DNA of 52,491 nucleotides from a virus (Duplodnaviria; Caudoviricetes): IMG/VR virus record IMGVR_UViG_3300045107_000189, positions 1 to 52,491 of that record; one strand, 5' to 3'. Shown piece by piece: positions 1 to 7,100 of this stretch (position 1 is its first letter; each line of letters starts with the position of its first letter). The notes under the pieces were generated by a model. It saw only the letters and a program-made list of their open reading frames with translations, ran no database searches and was not told where the DNA came from. The position numbers and the translations under genes were made by a program.

Positions 1-151
1 GGTAGTCGTGCGTGCCCGCGGAGTCGATCTCGATCCAGTGCGCATCGCCCGCCTCGACGACGAGCTTGCGGAAAACGCCTTCCGCGGTCGGCGACCTGCA
101 GATATTGCCCATGCACAGGAACAGGATGCGCGCTTTTTCCCTATGAATCAT
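1..151 (-). CDS. ptpA: Low-molecular-weight protein tyrosine phosphatase (runs off the window), with a phage-supplied N-terminus
   Basis: Translates [30 protein letters not shown]...[11 protein letters not shown], containing the CxGNxCRS P-loop and DSAG motif; not in the ORF track. Confidence 0.92.
   Translation of the reverse strand, partial: MIHREKARILFLCMGNICRSPTAEGVFRKLVVEAGDAHWIEIDSAGTHDY
105..127. repeat. att core, left junction
   Basis: TTGCCCATGCACAGGAACAGGAT, identical to 52365-52387. Confidence 0.95.
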
Positions 152-191
152 GGGCTTTTCTACATTCTCGGCGGTCTCGGACACCTCCGAA

Positions 192-220
192 AACGTATCA
201 ACGCATCCCAATAGAATCAA
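192..220 (-). promoter_or_regulatory. Candidate sigma70 promoter on phage DNA facing the rebuilt phosphatase gene
   Basis: TTGATT-N17-TACGTT on the minus strand in an AT-rich patch. Confidence 0.5.
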
Positions 221-236
221 TTGCGTTCGGCTGTAT

Positions 237-247
237 ATGGGAGAGCG
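237..247 (+). repeat. Putative integrase arm-type site
   Basis: ATGGGAGAGCG is also found at 52288-52298. Confidence 0.55.
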
Positions 248-332
248 TCATTCGCGCGGGTGACGCGCGGAGATTGCCGCGCGCGCGGCGCGGAGGCACG
301 CTGCGCTTCGACTGGCAGCGGCGGAGCGGCGG

Positions 333-503
333 ATGCAGAACGACAACGGCGTGCGCATCACGGGGATCGACATCCCCTTCAACGACCTGATCATCTTCCT
401 GGTGAAGCTCGCGCTCGCCGCCATCCCTGCGATGCTGCTGCTGCTGGGTGTCGGCGCAGTCGCGGTCGGGATCCTGGCCGGCCTCGGGAGCGCGATGCGG
501 TAG
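333..503 (+). CDS. Small membrane protein (56 aa), moron-like
   Basis: MQNDNGVRITGIDIPFNDLIIFLVKLALAAIPAMLLLLGVG...; GGAG RBS; below the ORF-track cutoff. Confidence 0.7.
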   Translation: MQNDNGVRITGIDIPFNDLIIFLVKLALAAIPAMLLLLGVGAVAVGILAGLGSAMR

Positions 504-527
504 CGAACCCGGAGCGTGCCGCCGGCG

Positions 528-815
528 CTACCGCGCCGCGCCAATCCACTCGACCAAACACACGCGCTGCGCGCGCTCGCGCCGCGCGCTCTCCGCCAGC
601 AGGGCAACGCAGTTCAGCTCGAGCGCGGCCTGATCCTCAGGGGTCGCGTGGTCGTACCAGATCGGCAACTGGCACGTCAGCAGCGGCGGCAGCTCCATGC
701 AGGTCTGCGGCCGCGCACGCTGCACGGTCGGCGGCGGATCCGGTGACGGCCGCAGCCCAGCACAGCCGGTAGCGAGAACCGCGCACAGGCACGCGGACAG
801 TCGATTCGCCTTCAC
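528..815 (-). CDS. o-spanin (Rz1-like lipoprotein)
   Basis: Signal peptide ending LATG-C, Pro-rich, overlaps the i-spanin in another frame. Confidence 0.8.
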   Translation of the reverse strand: MKANRLSACLCAVLATGCAGLRPSPDPPPTVQRARPQTCMELPPLLTCQLPIWYDHATPEDQAALELNCVALLAESARRERAQRVCLVEWIGAAR

Positions 816-1128
816 GGACGGGCACCTCGCGGTATTCGATCACGGGCGTGCGCGCGATCGCCGCCTGCAGGAGATCGGTCGCCTGGCGGTACTGCCAGAG
901 CGCCGTAGCGGTCGCGGCGCTGCGCGCCTCTGCGTCGGCCTGCGCGGCATTCGCTTCCTCGATCTGGGTCGTCCACTGGGCCCGCTCTGCGGCGCGGGCG
1001 CTGGAGATCTCGTCCACGAGCTGCGCGTCGCGGCGCCAGTCGTTGACCGACCAGCCCGCGCCGAACGCGCTCGCGAGCAGCAGCACGGCGCCGAGCCAGC
1101 CGGCCCATGGCGGGATCAGCTTCAGCAC
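637..1128 (-). CDS. i-spanin (Rz-like)
   Basis: N-terminal TM helix followed by an Ala-rich coiled coil; GTG start at 1128 inferred. Confidence 0.8.
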   Translation of the reverse strand: MLKLIPPWAGWLGAVLLLASAFGAGWSVNDWRRDAQLVDEISSARAAERAQWTTQIEEANAAQADAEARSAATATALWQYRQATDLLQAAIARTPVIEYREVPVREGESTVRVPVRGSRYRLCWAAAVTGSAADRAACAAADLHGAAAAADVPVADLVRPRDP

Positions 1129-1319
1129 GTCTGGACGCCACGGAGGCGAGCGCCGAGCGTGCGGCGACGCGCCTCTTCGATGCCCTGCGCGCGCTCGATG
1201 CGCCGCCTCAGGCACGGCTCTACGACGCGCTCGTGCACCATCCGACGGAACGCCTCGAAGTCCTCGCGCGGCACAGGGTGCAGGCGATGACGGAGACTTC
1301 TGAACCGATCGCGAGTCAC
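1122..1319 (-). CDS. Hypothetical protein (65 aa)
   Basis: GTGA overlap with the upstream gene; fills the gap before the spanin. Confidence 0.5.
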   Translation of the reverse strand: MTRDRFRSLRHRLHPVPREDFEAFRRMVHERVVEPCLRRRIERAQGIEEARRRTLGARLRGVQTC

Positions 1320-1906
1320 GACTTTGGCCTCGTCGTGCGACCCGCCTCGCGCTCGGTCATGTACCGATCGCCGAGGAGGCCCCACAGCACCTTGCGGCGG
1401 CCGTGCGGCCACACTTGTCTCTCGCTGCGGATGTCGTAGAGGTTGAACGGGTGCGCGTCGTGATCTTCGCCTTCCTTCGGCGTCGACAGGCAGTGATGGT
1501 GAATGCTGCCCACGCGAATGCGCCCGGTTAGGACGCTGTCGCACACCCACGAGCGCGCGTACCACGGCGAGTCTCGCAGGTAGAACCCTGTCGACCAGTA
1601 CGCGAGCCCGCGCCCGCAGCGACACCGCGCGCCCGCGCTGTACACGAGTTCCCACGGGCGGAAGTAGACCTCGTGCTTCTCGGCCAGCCGCCGGCGCAGA
1701 CCGTACACGACGTTGCCGATGCCGAGCGTCCAGAACAGCCGGTACCACGCCGTCCGCAGCAGGATTCGCCCGCGCTCGCGCACCGTGCCGCCTATGCCGT
1801 AGTTGCCGACGTCGTTCAGCACCCGCGTGACGAAGTACGGCCAGTGGCGCTCGTGGCCGATGCGTAACCACTTCCAGCCCCACGCCTGCACCTTGGTGTA
1901 GCTCAT
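1316..1906 (-). CDS. Hypothetical Trp/Cys/His-rich protein in the lysis cassette
   Basis: ATGA overlap with the holin stop; CRCGRGLAYW...WVCD...H motif. Confidence 0.65.
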   Translation of the reverse strand: MSYTKVQAWGWKWLRIGHERHWPYFVTRVLNDVGNYGIGGTVRERGRILLRTAWYRLFWTLGIGNVVYGLRRRLAEKHEVYFRPWELVYSAGARCRCGRGLAYWSTGFYLRDSPWYARSWVCDSVLTGRIRVGSIHHHCLSTPKEGEDHDAHPFNLYDIRSERQVWPHGRRKVLWGLLGDRYMTEREAGRTTRPKS

Positions 1907-2271
1907 TCGCGTGGGCTCCACGCCGACCCGATCTCCGGCCATCGCTTCGTCGCCACGCGCGCGAGCATCGGGTACACGAACGCCGTGATGATGCCGGCGA
2001 CGATCGACACCTCGAGGCGTGTGACGAGCGAGGCCTGCGGCTCCAGCGCGTCCCACAGGATCGTGGTGAAGATGGTCGCGAGCAGCCAGTTGAGGACGAA
2101 CGTCACGCCCTTCTGGTGGCGTACGTCCTCGGCCGTCTCCACGGTTGGCAGGAAGTAGCGCTCGAGGATCAGCGTCAGGATCCAGCCCGCGGCGCCGGCG
2201 ACGATGATCGACAGCACGACGGGCCAGCGCGCGGCGAAGTCGAGCACGCTCTCGATCGATGGGATGTCCAT
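1903..2271 (-). CDS. Putative holin (3 TM)
   Basis: Three hydrophobic helices; directly follows the endolysin. Confidence 0.7.
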   Translation of the reverse strand: MDIPSIESVLDFAARWPVVLSIIVAGAAGWILTLILERYFLPTVETAEDVRHQKGVTFVLNWLLATIFTTILWDALEPQASLVTRLEVSIVAGIITAFVYPMLARVATKRWPEIGSAWSPRE

Positions 2272-2272
2272 G

Positions 2273-2767
2273 CTATGCGGCCTCCGCAGTGCCCGCGATC
2301 GGGCGAATGGTGAGCGTGTGCGTCGTGCCGATCTTCAGCTCCGCGCGCAGGGCATCGAGCGCCTTCGCGCTGTCCTCGACGCTCGCAAGTCCGTTGAACC
2401 GCGAGTGCCGCAGGCCCACGAGGATGCAGCCGAGGATGCTGTTCACCGTGACGCCTGAGTGGATCAGGATCGCGGAGCGGCCCCAGCGCTGACCCGCCGG
2501 AATGTCGCCGGGCATCGAGTAGACGCCGAGGCGCGGATTCACCAGGCGCCACACCCGCTCCCACTTCGCCCCGTTGTGCGGGAGCAGCGTGTACGTGCCG
2601 TCGGGCACGCAGGACTCCATCAGCGCGCCCTCGCGCCGCTGACCGCCGGGGCCGTCCGGATCCGCCCGCCATGGCTCCTCGAGCGTCGCGAGGACGAGGC
2701 TGCCCGCGTACAGGCGGCCGAGCGTCACGTCCGGAAGGTATGCGTGCCGCACGAGCTGCAGGTTCAT
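2273..2767 (-). CDS. DUF5675-family L,D-peptidase-like endolysin
   Basis: TLGRL...TLE, SCVPDGTY, ILIHSG and GCILVG motifs; ATG at 2767. Confidence 0.85.
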   Translation of the reverse strand: MNLQLVRHAYLPDVTLGRLYAGSLVLATLEEPWRADPDGPGGQRREGALMESCVPDGTYTLLPHNGAKWERVWRLVNPRLGVYSMPGDIPAGQRWGRSAILIHSGVTVNSILGCILVGLRHSRFNGLASVEDSAKALDALRAELKIGTTHTLTIRPIAGTAEAA

Positions 2768-2988
2768 GGTCCGTGCCTCCAGCCGTGGTACGTGAGGATG
2801 AAGTACGCGAGCGCGGCCAGCGCTGCCGCGAGGATCCCGCGCACGCTCCACTTCCCGACCTCGGCGAACTTCTCGTCCAGCCATTCCTTCAGCGCGGCCT
2901 TCACGGCCGCCTTCATCGGATCGCGCGCGAGCTGCTCCTCGAGCTTCTCGATGCGCGCCTCGTGATCGGACGACTCGGACTCCGCCAT
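2764..2988 (-). CDS. Small membrane protein (holin/antiholin-like)
   Basis: Coiled coil plus C-terminal TM, coupled to the endolysin start. Confidence 0.7.
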   Translation of the reverse strand: MAESESSDHEARIEKLEEQLARDPMKAAVKAALKEWLDEKFAEVGKWSVRGILAAALAALAYFILTYHGWRHGP

Positions 2989-3638
2989 CAGGCCCCCCTG
3001 TGCCAGTGGAACTGCAGGCCGAACGGGCAGCCCTTCGACCGGTAGTCGGCGTCGTAGACGCCGCGCGCGTCGCGCGGGATCAGCTTCCAGCCGATTCGGA
3101 ACTGGCCGTGCGCGCGCGCTCCGCGCGGCCAGCGGATCCACAGGCCTGCGAACGGGCCCTGCCAGGTGTACGACCACAGCACGCGCCGCACCGGCTCGCG
3201 ATCTTCGAACTCCGCGGCCTCGAACTCCTGGGCCTCGTCTTCGTCAGGGCTCAGGACCGTGTTGCCGCGGACGCGCACGCGAGGCGGGTCGATCTGGATG
3301 CCGAACGGCCACACGAAGCGGAGGTTGTTCACGGGGTTCCGCCACGCGGACCACACTAACGCGCGTTTCCACGGTGGCGCGCCCTGCATGAAGCTGCGGG
3401 GGCCCGCGACACCGTCCTCGTCGTTTCCGTAGATGAGCCAGACCCACCGCACGCGCCACTGCGCCAGCTTTCTGGGTGTGCTCGTCCCGTCGTACACGAA
3501 GAAGCGCGAGTCGCGGATCTCCCAGGCGTGCCGGCGCGCGAGCACGTAGCAGAGCGGGATGCCGATCACCCAGAGCGGCGCGACGACGAGCACGCGCAGC
3601 AGCCACGCTGCGACGTGCACGGGGACGAGCGCGAGCAT
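2988..3638 (-). CDS. Conserved-looking phage membrane protein
   Basis: N-terminal TM, GNDEDG and WSAWRNPVNNLR motifs, Trp-rich. Confidence 0.7.
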   Translation of the reverse strand: MLALVPVHVAAWLLRVLVVAPLWVIGIPLCYVLARRHAWEIRDSRFFVYDGTSTPRKLAQWRVRWVWLIYGNDEDGVAGPRSFMQGAPPWKRALVWSAWRNPVNNLRFVWPFGIQIDPPRVRVRGNTVLSPDEDEAQEFEAAEFEDREPVRRVLWSYTWQGPFAGLWIRWPRGARAHGQFRIGWKLIPRDARGVYDADYRSKGCPFGLQFHWHRGA

Positions 3639-3772
3639 CAGACGTCGTCGCGAATCTTCGGGTCGCGCGGCGCGGAGCCGCCGGCGCCATTCGGCTTCGA
3701 GTTGCGACGGAGCAGCCACCAGAGCGCGGCGCCGGCGGCCGCCAGTGAGACGATCACGATCGCGGTTTCCAT
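3638..3772 (-). CDS. Small membrane protein (44 aa)
   Basis: AAGGAG RBS; METAIVIVSLAAAGAALWWLLRR. Confidence 0.65.
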   Translation of the reverse strand: METAIVIVSLAAAGAALWWLLRRNSKPNGAGGSAPRDPKIRDDV

Positions 3773-3789
3773 GTGTACGGACTCCTTCG

Positions 3790-4140
3790 TCAGTCGTTGG
3801 GGGAACGTGTGCGCGCGAGCAGCTGCACCGCGAGCACGAGGAGCTTCAGCACCTGGCGGGCCTGAGCGAGGTTCGTCGTGTTCGCGGCGAGCCACGCCTC
3901 GATCTGCGCGGGGGTCGCGGCGCGGAGATCTCGCCATCGGGGATCGGCCTCGAGCGCATCCCGCGTCTCTTCTCCGGGAGACTTCGAACGCTCGACCCAG
4001 CTCTGCGTCGCTCGGTGCCAGCGCTTCCCCGTGGGCTGTTCGTCGGTCGAGACGACACGCCACTCGGACTCGATGTCGTAGCCGTCGGTGTCGTCGACGA
4101 GGATCCCCTCGCCCGTCGTACGGTGCTCGAGCAGGATCAC
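3790..4140 (-). CDS. Putative tail fibre assembly chaperone
   Basis: GTGA overlap with the tail tip stop; position and size. Confidence 0.55.
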   Translation of the reverse strand: MILLEHRTTGEGILVDDTDGYDIESEWRVVSTDEQPTGKRWHRATQSWVERSKSPGEETRDALEADPRWRDLRAATPAQIEAWLAANTTNLAQARQVLKLLVLAVQLLARTRSPND

Positions 4141-7100
4141 GCTTGTCCCACCGTCATCGCGCCGGATCCGCCGCTCGTCGACGCGGTGCCGCCAGACTTC
4201 CGCTGCAGGTACTGGAACTCGTAGCTCGCGCCCGGCGTGAGGCCCGAGAGGGCTGTGCTCGAGATCGTGCAGACGCCGGGCTCGATCTCGCCGGCGATGT
4301 TGCTCGCGCTCGGCGAGCTGGTGCCCGTCGCACCGGACACGTCGGCCCACGATCCACCGGACGGCCGCCATTGGATCTTCGCCTGCAGCTGCACCGTACC
4401 GTCGCCTGCGGTGTTGCAGTTGTGCACGAAAGAGGACGACACGTTGATCGTTCCCGACGCGGGTGCCGTCAGGGTCACCGACGGCCCGGAGCTCGGGTAG
4501 AGCGACGAGCCCACGTTGGTGTTCGTGTTCGACAGCGTCGCCCGTGCCGACGCAAGCGGCTGCGCGTCCACCACCTTCGAGAGCGACAGCCGCTTCACGA
4601 TCGTCTGCCCGGCCGCGGTCACGCTCACATCGACGTAGGCCGTCTCAGCGGCGACCGCGGTGATCGTGAAGAACCCGCCGGAGTACGCCCCAACGCTGCA
4701 GCCGCTCGGCGACAGCGACACGCTCGACGGTCCGATGTCAGCGCCTGCCTGCTTCACCGAGACCGCGATCGACTTGGGAAGCGCGCCCGACTTCACTGCT
4801 CCGAGGTAGTCGCAGGGGACCTGCCAAGCCTCCGGGACGAGGACGACCTGCACCGGGCTCACGCCATTGCTGCCGTTCGCCCCGTCGTTGCCGCTGGTCC
4901 CTGCGGGCCCGAAGGCGATGTCCGTGAATCGAGCGCCGGGCGAGTAGATCGAGCAGTCGAAGTAGAGCCGCTGGTTCGCAGCTGCAGCGATCGCTTGGAT
5001 CTGCACTCCGTTCTTCAGCCACCGCACCTGCTTTCCGTCGTAGTGCACGGCGAGCACGTCGCTCGTCGTGTACGGCGTGGAGGCCGCCAGATAGCTCGCG
5101 CCCGCGTAAACGTACGCGATGCCATCGCTCGCCGGGTTCCACGAGTAGTCGATGCTGCTGAAGCTCTGGTCGGTGAGCGGGTCGCTGTTGAGTCCGAGCA
5201 CTCCGCCCGCGTTCGTCTGCCCTGCGCGGAAGCTCACGAACGCGCCGCCCACCCACGACTCGAGCGAGTACACGTCCGAGTCATAGGCCGCTGCACCACC
5301 CCCGCTCTTCGCGATGGTGGTTCCCGAGACCAGAGACGAGCCGCGCGGTACGAGCGTGAACGCCGGCGCGCCGGGATTCCCGATTGGGCCGAAGCTGATG
5401 TCGAGGATCTGGCTGCCGACATCAGCGAAGGCGGAGTCGAAGTAGAGCCGCAGACCCGGCGGCGCCGGCGTCGTGTAGATCAGCGTGCCGTTCACGCGGT
5501 ACTCGACCGCGGAGCCCGTGTAGCGGATGCCGAAGAGCGTCTCCGCGTCCCACGCGTAGTTGTACTGAAACCGCTCGCTGCCGTTCTGGTAAACACGCAC
5601 CGTCGCGTCGCCAGGGTACGTGAACAGCGCGTAGTCGATCGTGCTGTACTCGGCGGACGCGAGCGGGTCGGTCGTCAGTCCGCCCATGAGGTACGCGGCC
5701 GATGCGGTGTGCAGGCCGCCCGGCGTGAGCCGGTGGACGCGGAAGGTCACCTCGCACGGCCCGACGTAGGACTCGAGCGAGTAGGCATCGCCCTCCCACG
5801 AGCCCGTATTCCCGATCTTGTGGACAGCGTTGGCGACCGCCGCCATCACCGCCGCCCCGGAGTTGCGCGGCACGAGCGTGAGGCCGGGCGATGTCGCAAG
5901 CGCAGCGGGCCCGAAAGCGACGAAGTCGAGCACACCGCCTGCCGTCGCGAACGCGGAATCGAAGTAGAACGTTCGTCCGGGGTTCGGCGCCGTCCGGACG
6001 AGCACGCCGTTCCGGTAGTAGCGCACGCGCACACCGTCGTACACGATCGACAGCGTCGTCGCGAGGTCGTAAGTCAGCCCGGTCAGGACCTGGTTGCCGT
6101 TCTCGTAGATCTCGAGCCCGCCGTTCGCCAGGTAGAACGCGTAGTCGAGCGACGTGTAGCTCGCATCTGTCGCGGGATCCGTGTTCAGGCCGAACATCGT
6201 CGATTGCGACACGATGCCAGCCTTCGCCGCGACGTAGCAGGCCGGGTAGCCCTGCACCGAGTACGCCTGCGACGCACCCCACGAGCCCGAGCCGGCGCCA
6301 GTGATGCGCGCGCCCTCCTTCGCAGCGTTCACCAGGACGAGGGAGAACGCGCCGGCCCCATCGACACCGTCGAAGCGGACCGGTGTGGACCAGCCGCCGA
6401 CGAGTGCCCCGGCCGCGGTCTTCTCGGCGCTGCTCATCCAGCATGGGTTGCCGTCCGCCGCAGGCGGTGCATCCGACCAGCCAGCCGGCGAACTGCCCGT
6501 CGGCGTGCTCGGCTGCGTGGCAGCGCGTCGGAAGATGAAGTCGATGAAGTTTCCGGTGCCGCCGGCGGCGCCGGGCGTACCGTTCTCGCCGACGATCCGG
6601 ATGGCTGGGCTCCACGAGCCGGACGTGCCGACCCGCTGCCGCATGTAGATGTCGCTGCCGGCGACGAACGGCGGGTCGTGCCACGTCGACGCATCACCGG
6701 AGTACTGCACGAAGAGCGAGTCGCCGGCGGGGCCCGTGCCAGCTGCCGACGCGGTCGCCGTGATCGTGCTCGTTGCCGTGCTCGGAAGGAACGTCGAGAC
6801 GTTCGGCGTGTTGAAGATCGTCTGGCCCTTGCGGGTGCGCCCCCAGTACCAGCGCTGCGCTCCGCCGGGCAGCGGATGCACGAACCGCGTGCCGCGAATC
6901 TCGCCCACCTTCGACGCATTGATCAGCTGGTCGTCGACCGACGCGAAGATCTCGACGACGTCGAAGAGCGACCAGTCGGGGACCGTCGCCTCGATCGCGA
7001 TTCCGCCGACCTGAGCGGTCGCGCTCAGCCCGGTGAGCGGCGGCGGACGCGAGTCGGCGTCCTGCGAGGCCGTCTCCGGCGCAGGCACGAACTGCACTCG

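Noticed and set aside
8-214. Plus-strand 68-aa ORF
   Set aside because: Antisense to the phosphatase gene and spans the att junction
231-246. LexA box at CTGTATA near both att ends
   Set aside because: No matching ACAG half-site at N8 spacing here or near 52247
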